Shown: positions 44,159 through 54,400, numbered from the stretch's first letter. The stretch: DNA of 64,000 nt from Patescibacteria group bacterium (GCA_041660885.1 JBAZVM010000003.1:38894-102893); one strand, 5' to 3'. Numbers and translations: made by a program. The notes: generated by a model not told the origin, from the letters alone.

Positions 44159-44269
44159 AGTTTCGTTGTAATAATAACTAATTAATTTCCTGTTTTTCGC
44201 GGTAAATTAGCTCCTTGCCCAAAAAGGGTCTGCTAATTTGCGGAAAGCAGCAGAATCAAAGGAAACATT

Positions 44270-44980
44270 ATGCAAGAAATCTCCTTATCCGAGATGCTGA
44301 AATGCGGCGTGCACTTCGGGCATCGCAAAAGTAAGAAACACCCCAAGATGGGGCGCTTTGTTTTTGACGTAAAACAAGGCATTTGTATCATCGACCTGGA
44401 AAAAACCAAAGAAAAGCTGGAAGAAGCTTTGAAAGTGGTTAAAAGTTTGGCCAGCCAGAATAAAACCATTTTATTCGTAGGCACCAAGCGCCAAGCCGTG
44501 GAAATCGTAAAAAAATACGCCAAAGATTGCGGCATGCCGTATATGGTGGAAAGATGGATCGGCGGGTTGTTTACCAATTTCAGCAATGTCACGCGCTTAT
44601 CGCAAAAGTTGACGCGCTTGAAACGAGACCGCGATACAGGTAATTTGGGAAAGTACACAAAAAAAGAACAGTTGAATTTTCAACGTGAAATAGAGAAGTT
44701 GGAAAAAATGGTGGGCGGCATAGAAAAAATGAGCAAGTTGCCCGATGCCATATTCGTGGTAGACATGAAAGAAGAAAAAACCGCGATCAAAGAAGCGGTC
44801 CGGCGCAAAGTTCCCATTATTGCCATGGCCGATACCAATGTCAATCCCGATCTCGCGCAGTATCCCATACCTTCAAACGACGACGCTATAAAATCAATCA
44901 ACTACATTGTAAAAGCCGTTGCGGAAACTATTAAAGAAAACAAGAAAGAAATCGCGCCCGTAGCCGCTCCTGCCAAATAA
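44270..44980 (+). CDS. rpsB: 30S ribosomal protein S2
   Basis: LKCGVHFGHRKSKKHPKM, ILFVGTKRQA and VVDMKEEKTAIKEA.....PIIAMADTN are S2 signatures. Confidence 0.92.
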   Translation: MQEISLSEMLKCGVHFGHRKSKKHPKMGRFVFDVKQGICIIDLEKTKEKLEEALKVVKSLASQNKTILFVGTKRQAVEIVKKYAKDCGMPYMVERWIGGLFTNFSNVTRLSQKLTRLKRDRDTGNLGKYTKKEQLNFQREIEKLEKMVGGIEKMSKLPDAIFVVDMKEEKTAIKEAVRRKVPIIAMADTNVNPDLAQYPIPSNDDAIKSINYIVKAVAETIKENKKEIAPVAAPAK

Positions 44981-45007
44981 TTAATAATTAAACTCTAAAA
45001 TAAAAAG

Positions 45008-45595
45008 ATGGAAATCTCTCTCGATTTGATTAAAAAATTGCGCATTCAAACCGGCGCCGGCATGATGGATTGCAAAAAATTTCTTACCCAATCTAAAGGG
45101 GATTACGATAAAGCCATAGAATTATTCCGCAAAGAAGGGCAAAAAATCGCTTCTAAAAAATCCACCCGCGAAACGCAATCCGGGTTGGTGGATTCGTACA
45201 TTCATCCGGGCAACCGCGTGGGCGTGCTTATTAACGTGGCCTGCGAAACCGATTTCGTGGCGCAAAATTCCGAGTTCAAACAATTGGTGCACGATTTAGC
45301 CATGCATGTGGCGGCTTTTGATCCGCAATACAAGGAACCGCAAGATATTCCGGCGGATATTCTTGATAAAGAAAAAGATATTTACCGGGAACAGTTAAAG
45401 AAAGAAAAGAAGCCGGCTAAAATGATAGAAAAAATTTTAGAAGGAAAGCTAAAAAAATATTATACGGAAATTTGTTTGATGGAGCAGCCCTATTTAAAAG
45501 ACGACAAAAAAACAGTTCGTCAATATTTAACGGAAAATATTGCCAAGATCGGCGAGAACATTCAAATTAGAAGCTTTATTCGCTATAGCCTATAA
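45008..45595 (+). CDS. tsf: Translation elongation factor Ts (short, 195-aa form)
   Basis: LIKKLRIQTGAGMMDCKKFL (UBA-like N-terminus), GVLINVACETDFVAQN, and a position after rpsB. Confidence 0.9.
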   Translation: MEISLDLIKKLRIQTGAGMMDCKKFLTQSKGDYDKAIELFRKEGQKIASKKSTRETQSGLVDSYIHPGNRVGVLINVACETDFVAQNSEFKQLVHDLAMHVAAFDPQYKEPQDIPADILDKEKDIYREQLKKEKKPAKMIEKILEGKLKKYYTEICLMEQPYLKDDKKTVRQYLTENIAKIGENIQIRSFIRYSL

Positions 45596-45596
45596 A

Positions 45597-46445
45597 ATGC
45601 AAGAAGAGACGCAAAAAGTAGTTGAAGCCAATGTCCATTCCTGGGAGAAGAATTATTTTCTCGATCCGGCCGATTTTAACATTAAAAGAGACGACTGGGT
45701 AATTTTCACTTCAGCCGTAGGCGGCGAGGCGGGTAAAGTGGTAGGCGTGCATACTTTAAAAAAGAAAGACGTAGTAGAACCGCTCACGCCAGTGGAGCGC
45801 ACGGCCAATTTGGAAGATCTCAAGAAAATCAAAGAACAGCAGGAAAACAGGAAAGACGCCATGAAAGTGTGCAAGCAGTTTATACGAAAAAACAGCTTGC
45901 CCATGAAATTGGTGGATTGCAATTATACTTTCGACGGCAAGAAAATAGTGTTCGCGTTTACGGCCGAGAGCCGCGTGGATTTCCGCGATTTGGTAAAAGA
46001 TTTATCTACGCACTATAAAAAGGTAATCCGTTTGCAACAGATCGGCATTCGCGATGAATTAAAGAATATCGGCGGCATCGGGCCTTGCGGACGCGGCGTT
46101 TGTTGCGCCAATTTCTTAAAAGAATTGGGAAATATTACCACGGATTTGGCCAGATTGCAGCAAGTGCAGCAAAGAGGAAGCGACAGGCTTTCCGGCGCTT
46201 GCGGACGCTTAAAATGCTGTTTAAATTATGAGGCTGAAGGCTACAGGGCGTGCAGCCAAGATTTGCCTCCGCTCGATAGCATGATCCAAACCGAACAAGG
46301 CAAAGGCCGCGTTATCGACTGGAACGTAATTAAGCATTCCGTGCTCGTGCGCGTAGACGATGAAACAATCGTGGAACATTATTTCGGATGCAAAAAATGC
46401 CGGTGCTCCGGGTGCGCCGCTAATAAATATTTTACAAAAAAATGA
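45597..46445 (+). CDS. PSP1 C-terminal domain protein (RicT/YaaT-like)
   Basis: KLVDCNYTFDGKKIVFAFTAESRVDFRDLVKDLSTHYKKVIRLQQIGIRDE...GPCGRGVCCANFL is the PSP1 signature. I prefer the ATG at 45597 because the ORF-track start at 45540 overlaps tsf. Confidence 0.8.
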   Translation: MQEETQKVVEANVHSWEKNYFLDPADFNIKRDDWVIFTSAVGGEAGKVVGVHTLKKKDVVEPLTPVERTANLEDLKKIKEQQENRKDAMKVCKQFIRKNSLPMKLVDCNYTFDGKKIVFAFTAESRVDFRDLVKDLSTHYKKVIRLQQIGIRDELKNIGGIGPCGRGVCCANFLKELGNITTDLARLQQVQQRGSDRLSGACGRLKCCLNYEAEGYRACSQDLPPLDSMIQTEQGKGRVIDWNVIKHSVLVRVDDETIVEHYFGCKKCRCSGCAANKYFTKK

Positions 46446-47236
46446 TATTTTATATTATTGTTTCTTCAATCGCCGCTATCTGTTTAATCGTTATTGCCTT
46501 TATTGTCATACAAAAATTTTCTAAATTGGCGGCTATCGATTTAGAAGCGATGAAGCATCACAAACAAAAGCAGGTGAAAGTTTCCATTGTGGAAGAAAGG
46601 CTGGAGCGCAATCTGCGCGAGATTAAAACCAAGATCACGGTAAAATCCGCCCCTTTAAGAAAAAGGCTGAAAAAGCGCTTAGGCGAAATTTATAGTAAGG
46701 CTATAAAATTACAAAAAGAGTATAAAAACAAAGCCTTGCATGGAAAGCCTTTAAAACAAGAAGATAAAGAAGCTATCCGCCAAAAAGTTAACGGCTTGGT
46801 GCAAGACGCGGAAGAATTGACCAAGCAAGCGAAATACGTGGAAGCGGAAAAGAAATATATTGAAGCCATCAGCTTGGACAAGCAAAACATGGGAACTTAT
46901 AAAGGTTTGGGCGATTTGTATGTCACGAAAAAAGATTACGACCATGCGCGCGAGACTTTTGAATTTATTAAAGAAATCAGTCCGAACGATGATGTGATTT
47001 GGCGCCAGCTTGGTTCTTTGTATGAATTGTTAAACCATCAAGAAAAAGCCGTGAAATATTATAAGAAAGCCGTGGACATCGCTCCCAAGAACCCGAAAAA
47101 TTTGGATTTATTATTTTTATCCAGCATTAAAGCTAAAGATAGATTAATGGCTAAAGAAGCTTTGAAGAATTTAGAAGAAGTGAATCCGGAAAATAATAAT
47201 CTCCCGCAGTATAAGCAGCAATTGAAAGATCTGTAA
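46442..47236 (+). CDS. Membrane-anchored TPR-repeat protein
   Basis: N-terminal TM helix; TPR-like repeats (YVEAEKKYIEAISLD, ETFEFIKEISPND, AVKYYKKAVDIAPKN). Its start overlaps the upstream stop (ATGA). Confidence 0.7.
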   Translation: MIFYIIVSSIAAICLIVIAFIVIQKFSKLAAIDLEAMKHHKQKQVKVSIVEERLERNLREIKTKITVKSAPLRKRLKKRLGEIYSKAIKLQKEYKNKALHGKPLKQEDKEAIRQKVNGLVQDAEELTKQAKYVEAEKKYIEAISLDKQNMGTYKGLGDLYVTKKDYDHARETFEFIKEISPNDDVIWRQLGSLYELLNHQEKAVKYYKKAVDIAPKNPKNLDLLFLSSIKAKDRLMAKEALKNLEEVNPENNNLPQYKQQLKDL

Positions 47237-47245
47237 AAATTTAAC

Positions 47246-47318
47246 GCCGATGTAGCTCAGTTGGTAGAGCACCTCCATGGTAAGGAGGTGGTCCGCAGTT
47301 CGAATCTGCGCATCGGCT
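47246..47318 (+). tRNA. tRNA-Thr (anticodon GGT)
   Basis: Manual cloverleaf: acceptor GCCGATG/CATCGGC, D arm GCTC-AGTTGGTA-GAGC, anticodon stem CCTCC/GGAGG with loop ATGGTAA, and T arm CGCAG-TTCGAAT-CTGCG. It is 73 nt with no encoded CCA. Confidence 0.9.
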
Positions 47319-47338
47319 CAAATATAATGCTAAATAAA

Positions 47339-47375
47339 ATAATCCCTATTAAAACTTGGGATTATTTTAATTTTT
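47339..47375 (+). terminator. Hairpin plus T-tract after tRNA-Thr
   Basis: ATAATCCC-(11 nt)-GGGATTAT followed by tttaattttt. Confidence 0.5.
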
Positions 47376-47533
47376 ATAAATACTATTTATCTAATGTTTA
47401 TAAAAATGGTCCCTCCTGATACCTCCTTGAAGAAAAAGAACGATTGGTGGTTACCTCCCCTAAAGCTGGACCAATGCTTTAAGGAAGATGCAGACTCCCT
47501 GATGTCGATATTACGATAAGCTCCTTTGCTCTT

Positions 47534-47794
47534 TTACTTTTTGGTGTCACGGACATCTATTGTTTCTTCACCTAGGATACGACCACTCCCGTTACAATAA
47601 CGACACCTTTCACGAAAGATGCCTGTGCTTCGATGGTAATCATTAATATGATATCCCGCACCATCACAAGACCAGCACTTAAGAGGCACTATTTTACCAG
47701 TTTTTATTTCAAAATTGGTATTGCCGCAGTTAGGGCAGGATTCCGCGCTTAAGGCCACGATATGGCCACATTCAGGACAGTTACCAGACGGCAT
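47534..47794 (-). CDS. Small zinc-ribbon / DnaJ-type CxxCxGxG protein (86 aa)
   Basis: CPECGH...CPNCGN, CWSCDGAGY and CRYCNGSGR. GGAGG lies 6 nt upstream of the internal ATG at 47794, so I prefer that start to the ORF-track start at 47851. Confidence 0.55.
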   Translation of the reverse strand: MPSGNCPECGHIVALSAESCPNCGNTNFEIKTGKIVPLKCWSCDGAGYHINDYHRSTGIFRERCRYCNGSGRILGEETIDVRDTKK

Positions 47795-47989
47795 GTTGCC
47801 TCCACTATTGTGCCGGGTTTTTTCAAAGAGCGATATACAAGCATAGACCATCTATACTTGCATTGTAGTGTCAATCTATCATTTACCATCTATAAGTCAA
47901 ATATGTAAATTGTAAATAATAACGCTTTACTTTCGCTTCACTTAGTGTAGTGTATTCCTGTAATAGCTAAAAAAGTATAAAATACAAAT

Positions 47990-48664
47990 ATGCGCTTATT
48001 AATAATAGAAGATGAGAAAGATTTGGCTCTGCCTTTGAAGAAAACCCTGGAAATGAAGGGTTTTGCCGTGGATTACGCGGAAGACGGGGAACAAGGCTAC
48101 AATACAGCCAGATTGAATAAATACGATTGTATTCTACTGGATTTGAATTTACCGAAAATCGACGGCATTAAACTGGCCGATATGTTAAGGAAAAAGATAA
48201 ACGATACGCCGATAATCATGTTAACCGCCCGCAGCCAGATTTATGACAAGCTGGAAGGATTTGAGTCCGGTGCTGATGATTTTGTAACCAAACCGTTCGA
48301 CTTGAGTGAATTGGTGGCCAGGATTAAAGCGGTGATAAAACGCAATAGCAATAATAAAACTTTAAGATTAAAATTCAGCGGATATGAATTGGTGCCGGAA
48401 CAAAATTTAATAATTAAAAAAGAAAAAAATAAAGACAGGAAAATCGCTATCAGCAATAAAGAAACGGCTTTGCTGGAGTATCTGTTGCGCAATAAAGACA
48501 AAATAGTTTCCACGGAAGAATTATTGGAACATGTGTGGGATCGGGAAGTGGATTTATTCACGGATACGGTAAAAACGCATATTAAAAATTTAAGAAAAAA
48601 AATCGATCCGAATAAAGAAATAATTACCACGTTAAGAGGGAAAGGATACCGTATAAATATATGA
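47990..48664 (+). CDS. OmpR-family response regulator
   Basis: Receiver domain (LLIIEDE..., DCILLDLNLPKIDG, MLTAR) plus a winged-helix C-terminus (..TLRGKGYRI). Confidence 0.9.
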   Translation: MRLLIIEDEKDLALPLKKTLEMKGFAVDYAEDGEQGYNTARLNKYDCILLDLNLPKIDGIKLADMLRKKINDTPIIMLTARSQIYDKLEGFESGADDFVTKPFDLSELVARIKAVIKRNSNNKTLRLKFSGYELVPEQNLIIKKEKNKDRKIAISNKETALLEYLLRNKDKIVSTEELLEHVWDREVDLFTDTVKTHIKNLRKKIDPNKEIITTLRGKGYRINI

Positions 48665-49803
48665 AATTTCATAAAACCATACGTTTTAAATTAACTTTCT
48701 GGTATTCGCTTCTTTTTGTGATCACCAATCTGATTTTTATCGGAACGGCTAATTATATTATTACTGAACATTACAATGATCGTTTGCCTAAATTTTTAGA
48801 GCGCGATTTGCCGTTTGAAGTGATGATGCCGGTGAACCCCGTGCCCATGCAGGAGTTTGATTTCAATGAAACTTTGCGCCAAACCAGGCAAAACGATTTG
48901 GCGCAGATTAGAAAAATATTGGTTTTGTCTTTTTTAATGTTAACTTGTTTATCATTCGGCAGCGGTTACTTGATTTCCGGTAAATTATTGAATCCTTTAA
49001 AAAAAATTAATAAAACCGCAAAAGATATTAATTCGCAGAACTTGCATAAACAAATTGAGCACGAAGATATCGGAGACGAAATTAGCGAATTGGTGAACAA
49101 TTTAAACGCCATGATCTCGCGTTTGAACGTGTCTTTCGCTTTGCAAAAACAATTTGTGGAAAACGCGTCTCATGAATTAAAGACGCCTTTATCCATAATA
49201 AAAATAAATTTGAACATGGCCGAACTGGAAAAAGAAAAATTATCCGAAGAAACAAAAAATTATTTACAAACCTCGATAAAATCGGCGGATTTAATGAATA
49301 AATTAATCGAAGATTTATTATTATTGTCTTTAGCGGATAGAGATGTGAAAATGGAAAAAATAAATGTTAAAATCGTTTTAGAAGAAGCGGTTAATCAATT
49401 AAAAATGCTTGCTTTAAAGCATAATATAACTCTTGATTCAAAAATAAACGCTAATGGTGATAGGATGATTAATGGCAATAAAGCTTTATTAACCAGGGCA
49501 TTTATGAACATTATTGAAAACGCCATAAAATATTCCAAAGAAAAAGGGGACATCATCGTTAAAATGGATAAAGAAAAAGATCAAGCTGTTATTAAAATTA
49601 TTGATAATGGCATTGGCATACCGGAAGATAAACGAGAAAAAGTATTTGAGAGGTTTTATCGCGTTGATGCTTCACGATCCAAGAAATCCGGCGGCACCGG
49701 TTTGGGGTTGGCCATTACTAAAAGAATCATTGAATTACATAAAGGCAGCATCAGCCTTACTTCAGAATTGAATTTGGGTACGGAAGTAACCATCAAAATA
49801 TAG
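48661..49803 (+). CDS. Sensor histidine kinase (HAMP-HisKA-HATPase)
   Basis: Two TM segments, H-box SHELKTPL, N-box IIENAIKYS, and G-boxes IDNGIGI and GGTGLGLAI. It overlaps the regulator gene by 4 nt. Confidence 0.9.
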   Translation: MKFHKTIRFKLTFWYSLLFVITNLIFIGTANYIITEHYNDRLPKFLERDLPFEVMMPVNPVPMQEFDFNETLRQTRQNDLAQIRKILVLSFLMLTCLSFGSGYLISGKLLNPLKKINKTAKDINSQNLHKQIEHEDIGDEISELVNNLNAMISRLNVSFALQKQFVENASHELKTPLSIIKINLNMAELEKEKLSEETKNYLQTSIKSADLMNKLIEDLLLLSLADRDVKMEKINVKIVLEEAVNQLKMLALKHNITLDSKINANGDRMINGNKALLTRAFMNIIENAIKYSKEKGDIIVKMDKEKDQAVIKIIDNGIGIPEDKREKVFERFYRVDASRSKKSGGTGLGLAITKRIIELHKGSISLTSELNLGTEVTIKI

Positions 49804-49869
49804 TTTTTTTATTTACTTTCACTTCACGCAAGTAGTATTAGCATTAGAACAAATATAATTATTAATGCT

Positions 49870-51324
49870 ATGACAATGTTGAAATCTGTTTTTAAGTTTA
49901 TCAAAAATCATAAAATTACCTCGTTAATTTTATTGCTAGCGATCGGCGCGGGCGTGTATTTCGGTTATACGCAGCTTCTAACCAAAACAAGCGAAGAAGT
50001 CAGTTATACTACGGCCACTGTTAAAAAAGGTGATATTTTATCTTTGGTCTCCAGTAGCGGGCAAGTGGGTGATGCCAACCAGATAAATTTAATGTCGGAA
50101 GTGAGTGGAGAAATTACAGAAATTGCGGTAAAAGAAGGGCAAGAAGTTAAATCCGGAGACTTAATCGCTCAAATCGATGATGAAACGCTGGAAAATGAAA
50201 TTTATCAGGCTTCTTTAGCCGTACAAACAGCGCAGAACAGCTTAGACAAATTAATAGAACCAGCATCTGATGCGGATATTTTGAAAGCAGAAAACGCGGT
50301 TACATCCGCGGAAAACAGTTTAACAAAATTGAAATTAACACAAGATCAAGAAATGGAAACAGCTAAAGACGACAGAGACGAAGCGCAAGATAATTTGGAT
50401 GATCTCAGCAAAGACGATCTTGAATATGATACGAAAAAAGAAACATATAAAAGCCAAATTCAAGATGCCAAACAAAAAATAGAAACTTATAAAATTACCC
50501 ACCCCATGGATTTAGCTGAAACTGAAGCTAAAGTAACTGAAGCCAAACAAGCCCTGGAAGATGTTAAAGCCGGCACTAATGAAGATGAAATAGAAGCGCA
50601 AGAATTAAATGTGGCGGAAAAACAAAGCCAATTAAACGATCTAATCTCGCAAAGGTCCGATTATACCGTAACCGCTCCCAAAGACGGTACGGTAGCTATC
50701 ATCAATTACGAAGAAGGAGAAAAAATAACCGGTGGAGGCAGTGTCACTAGCACTACAGCTTTGGCAGTTTTAATCTCACAAACGAAGAATGCCGTGGTTT
50801 CCATAAATGAAGTGGATGTGCCCAGCGTTTCCGTGGGGTTAAAAGCCAATTTAACTTTTGACGCTCTGCCCGATTTGGAAATGACCGGAACAGTATCGGA
50901 AGTGGATCTTATCGGTACGGTGGAAAATAATGTAGTTTACAATAATGTGACCGTGGCTTTCGATACTCAAGACGAGCGAATTAAAAATGGCATGACCGTG
51001 AATGTCGACATAATCACGCAATCAAAAAAAGATATATTGATTATTGCCAGTTCGGCCATTAAAACTCAAGGCGATAGTAATTACGTTCAAATCCTTAATA
51101 ATAAACAAGTGGAAACGGTTAAAGTGGAAATTGGCATAAGCGATGATACCAATACGGAAATATTAAGCGGTTTAAGCGCGGGCGATGAAGTAATTTTAAA
51201 AACAAACACTTCTTCCGATTCCGATGATGAGGAAGACGACGAAGAAGAAGAGGCTTCCGGCTCCATTTTAAATATGGGCAGTGGAGGAACGCAAGGCGGA
51301 CCGCCCAGCGGCATGATGCAATAA
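49870..51324 (+). CDS. HlyD/MacA-type periplasmic adaptor (membrane fusion protein) with an acidic Asp/Glu C-terminal tail
   Basis: N-terminal TM helix, lipoyl-like GEITEIAVKEGQEVKSGDLIAQID, a long coiled-coil, a beta-barrel (VTAPKDGTVA), and the tail SSDSDDEEDDEEEE...GGPPSGMMQ. Confidence 0.8.
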   Translation: MTMLKSVFKFIKNHKITSLILLLAIGAGVYFGYTQLLTKTSEEVSYTTATVKKGDILSLVSSSGQVGDANQINLMSEVSGEITEIAVKEGQEVKSGDLIAQIDDETLENEIYQASLAVQTAQNSLDKLIEPASDADILKAENAVTSAENSLTKLKLTQDQEMETAKDDRDEAQDNLDDLSKDDLEYDTKKETYKSQIQDAKQKIETYKITHPMDLAETEAKVTEAKQALEDVKAGTNEDEIEAQELNVAEKQSQLNDLISQRSDYTVTAPKDGTVAIINYEEGEKITGGGSVTSTTALAVLISQTKNAVVSINEVDVPSVSVGLKANLTFDALPDLEMTGTVSEVDLIGTVENNVVYNNVTVAFDTQDERIKNGMTVNVDIITQSKKDILIIASSAIKTQGDSNYVQILNNKQVETVKVEIGISDDTNTEILSGLSAGDEVILKTNTSSDSDDEEDDEEEEASGSILNMGSGGTQGGPPSGMMQ

Positions 51325-51326
51325 TT

Positions 51327-52013
51327 ATGATAGAACTTAAAAAAATTTATAAAAAATACCAAGTCGGAGACGCGGAAAGCCAGATATTGAAGAATATTAA
51401 TTTGAAAATCGAAGAAGGGGAATTTACTGCCATTATGGGGCCGTCCGGTTCAGGAAAAACCACCATGATGAATATCTTAGGCATGTTGGACACGCCGACT
51501 AGCGGGCAATATATTTTTAACGGTAAAAATATTTCTTCGTTATCAGGCGATGAATTGGCGGAGATTCGTTTGAAAAATATCGGTTTTATTTTTCAGAGTT
51601 TTAATCTTTTAAAACGATCAACGGTAATGAGAAATGTCATTATGCCTTTTATTTACGCGGAAAAACCCAATGGTAACGCGGAAAGAGAAAAAAAAGCGGC
51701 CATGGCTTTGAAGAAAGTCGGCTTGGGTCAGGAAAAATTATGGGATCATTTATCTAACCAGCTTTCCGGAGGGCAAATGCAGAGAGTAGCCATTGCCAGA
51801 GCCTTGATAAACAATCCGGACGTGTTGCTAGCCGATGAACCAACCGGTAATTTAGACAGTAAATCCGGTTATGAAATTATGAATTTATTTATTGATTTAA
51901 ATAAGCAAGGCCATACTGTCGTCATGATTACGCACAGTGAAGAAATAGCGCAACTGGCGCATCGCGTTATTCAAATCAAAGACGGAGAAATTATAAAAGA
52001 TTATCGCAATTAA
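51327..52013 (+). CDS. ABC transporter ATP-binding protein (MacB/LolD family)
   Basis: Walker [10 protein letters not shown], signature [14 protein letters not shown], and Walker [12 protein letters not shown]. Confidence 0.92.
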   Translation: MIELKKIYKKYQVGDAESQILKNINLKIEEGEFTAIMGPSGSGKTTMMNILGMLDTPTSGQYIFNGKNISSLSGDELAEIRLKNIGFIFQSFNLLKRSTVMRNVIMPFIYAEKPNGNAEREKKAAMALKKVGLGQEKLWDHLSNQLSGGQMQRVAIARALINNPDVLLADEPTGNLDSKSGYEIMNLFIDLNKQGHTVVMITHSEEIAQLAHRVIQIKDGEIIKDYRN

Positions 52014-52015
52014 TT

Positions 52016-53230
52016 ATGCTCTATAAAGATTTATTGCAAGAAACATATTTAGCCATTGTCGCCAATAAAGCTCGTTCGGCTTTGACAATTTTAGGTATTG
52101 TCATCGGTATCGGCTCGGTTATTGCCATGGTTTCTATCGGCCAGGGTGCGAAGCAATCTATTACGGATAGAATAGAAGAAAGCGGCGCTAATTTATTAAC
52201 CGTCAGCCCGGGCCAACAGCGATCCTTCGGCCCGATCAGTTCCGGCCAGGGCAGCGCGGAAACTTTGACCATGGAAGATGTGGAATCCATTAAAACGATC
52301 ACCGATGTAGAAGAGGTTTCCCCGGAATCTTCCAGCCGTTATCAAATCACGGCTTCCGGTAATAATACGAACGCTTCCATTTATGGAGTTTATCCGGAAT
52401 ACGAAGTAGTGAAAGAAGTGACATTAAATAGCGGTATGTTTATCGCTTCAAGCCAAGTTAGCAGTTCGGCCAAAGTAGCAGTACTGGGAGCAACTTTGTC
52501 CGAAGATCTTTTTGGTGAAGAAGTTGACCCCGTAGGGCAATCTGTAAAAATCAACGGTATAACTTTTAAAGTGATTGGATTGCTATCGGAAACCGGCAGC
52601 GGTATGAATAGCACGGACGACGCGGCATTAATCCCTTTAACGGTTTTACAACGATATTTATCTGGCAGCGAAACTTTATCCAGTATCAGCGTAAAAGTAG
52701 CGGACCAAGACGCTATGGATCAAGTGCAGCAAAATATTACTGATGCATTATTAATTAATCATGACATAGCCAGCGAAGACGACGCCGATTTCAGCGTGCG
52801 CAGTTCCATGGAAATGGTGGAAATGGCCAGCTCAATATCAAGTACATTAACTATGCTTCTGGGTTCTATCGCGGCCATATCTTTAATAGTCGGTGGTATA
52901 GGTATCATGAACATGATGCTAACATCGGTAACAGAAAGAACCAGAGAAATCGGTTTAAGAAAAGCCATTGGAGCCAAAAGCAGCGATATAAATAAGCAGT
53001 TTTTAGCGGAATCCATCATGCTTACTTTTATCGGAGGAATTGTCGGTATAATCGGCGGCTGGTTGGCTTCATATTTGATTACAAAATTTTCGGGTACCGC
53101 CACTTCCGTCACATATTATTCCGTGGCTTTGGCTTTCGGCGTTTCCGTGGTGATCGGCGTGGTATTCGGATATTATCCGGCTCGGCGCGCATCTCGGCTT
53201 AATCCTATAGACGCTTTGCGTTATGAATAA
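52016..53230 (+). CDS. ABC transporter permease (MacB/FtsX family)
   Basis: MacB-type periplasmic domain followed by an FtsX domain (ERTREIGLRKAIGA..., YPARRASRLNPIDALRYE). Confidence 0.9.
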   Translation: MLYKDLLQETYLAIVANKARSALTILGIVIGIGSVIAMVSIGQGAKQSITDRIEESGANLLTVSPGQQRSFGPISSGQGSAETLTMEDVESIKTITDVEEVSPESSSRYQITASGNNTNASIYGVYPEYEVVKEVTLNSGMFIASSQVSSSAKVAVLGATLSEDLFGEEVDPVGQSVKINGITFKVIGLLSETGSGMNSTDDAALIPLTVLQRYLSGSETLSSISVKVADQDAMDQVQQNITDALLINHDIASEDDADFSVRSSMEMVEMASSISSTLTMLLGSIAAISLIVGGIGIMNMMLTSVTERTREIGLRKAIGAKSSDINKQFLAESIMLTFIGGIVGIIGGWLASYLITKFSGTATSVTYYSVALAFGVSVVIGVVFGYYPARRASRLNPIDALRYE

Positions 53231-53248
53231 TCATTAATTATAAATATT

Positions 53249-53647
53249 ATGAAAGAAAAAATTAGTAAAAAACCAAAGAATAAAATTATCATTATTATTA
53301 ACATCATCGCGCTGGTAATAATTTTAGCCGTGGCCGGATTTTTCGTGTATGATAAATATATAAAAAAGAACGTTCCGCCAATGGGGCAAGGAGGGCCTAT
53401 GGGGCAGATGGATATCGAAAGTATGTGTGAAAGAATTAATAGTGGCGAGGAAGATGCAAATAGACAACCGCCGGAAGAAATGGAAAATACTGGCAATAAC
53501 GAACGTCCTGAAGGAGAAAGCTTTAATCAAGAAGATATGGAGGAGCGCCAAACTCTGATAGAAGAAATATGCGCCGATGGCGAAGTAACAGAAGAAGAAA
53601 AAACGCAATTTGAAGAATCTCAACCGAGCATACCTAGTAATAATTAA
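53249..53647 (+). CDS. Membrane-anchored acidic hypothetical protein
   Basis: A single N-terminal TM helix (IIIIINIIALVIILAVAGFFV), then an acidic low-complexity region containing PPMGQGGPMGQM. Confidence 0.5.
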   Translation: MKEKISKKPKNKIIIIINIIALVIILAVAGFFVYDKYIKKNVPPMGQGGPMGQMDIESMCERINSGEEDANRQPPEEMENTGNNERPEGESFNQEDMEERQTLIEEICADGEVTEEEKTQFEESQPSIPSNN

Positions 53648-53650
53648 TTA

Positions 53651-54244
53651 ATGAAATATTTAATTAAAATTGATAGAATAGCCGCATGGATATTGCTAAG
53701 CAGCATGTTTGGCTATTTTATTAGCGGCTACGGAATGAGCAAGGGAATAATTAGCGCGGAGTTAAGCACTAAGATACATCTAAGCTATCTTTCTTATATT
53801 ATTTTGGCTTCATTTATTATTCATACTAGTTATGCCATTCATCTGGCTTTTAAACGATGGCGTATTTGGCAGATGCCAGGTAAAATAGCATTGATTTTAT
53901 TTTTCATTTTCTTTTTCGTCGCTTTTCTTTATATTGATAAATTCTATGAAAAAAAGTCCACTAATATAATAAATAATACCGTCAGCACGAATACAGCCAT
54001 TGATACGGAAAATAAAGCGGTGGAAAAATCTTTTACCGAGGAAGAATTGGCAAAGTATAACGGACAAAATAACATGCCGGCTTATGTGGCTGTTGATGGC
54101 AAGGTATATGATCTAACGCAAGTATTCAGAAATGGCAGCCATTTTTCTCATATAGCCGGTACGGAATTAACCGACGCTTTTTACAGCTATCATGCCAAGC
54201 AAGCGATATCTAAATATCCAGTTGTTGGGCAATTTGTTCCTTAG
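53651..54244 (+). CDS. Membrane protein with a C-terminal cytochrome b5-like heme/steroid-binding domain
   Basis: Four predicted TM helices, then FTEEELAKYNGQNNMPAYVAVDGKVYDLTQVF..GSHFSHIAGTELTDAF, which matches the cyt-b5-like (PGRMC-type) pattern. Confidence 0.7.
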   Translation: MKYLIKIDRIAAWILLSSMFGYFISGYGMSKGIISAELSTKIHLSYLSYIILASFIIHTSYAIHLAFKRWRIWQMPGKIALILFFIFFFVAFLYIDKFYEKKSTNIINNTVSTNTAIDTENKAVEKSFTEEELAKYNGQNNMPAYVAVDGKVYDLTQVFRNGSHFSHIAGTELTDAFYSYHAKQAISKYPVVGQFVP

Positions 54245-54316
54245 TTGACGAATATTAAAATTTATTGTATTTTAAATACAAATGTGTTATGAATATAATG
54301 CATTTGTATTTATTTA

Positions 54317-54400
54317 GGGCAGGTACCAGAGCGGTCAAATGGGCTTGGCTGTAAACCAAGTGGCCTCCGGCCTTCGGGGGTTCGAATCCCTCCCTGCCCA
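54317..54400 (+). tRNA. tRNA-Tyr (anticodon GTA), class II with a long variable arm
   Basis: Acceptor GGGCAGG/CCTGCCC, anticodon stem CTTGG/CCAAG with loop CTGTAAA, a long variable arm (tggcctccggccttcg), T arm GGGGG-TTCGAAT-CCCTC, and discriminator A. Confidence 0.88.
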
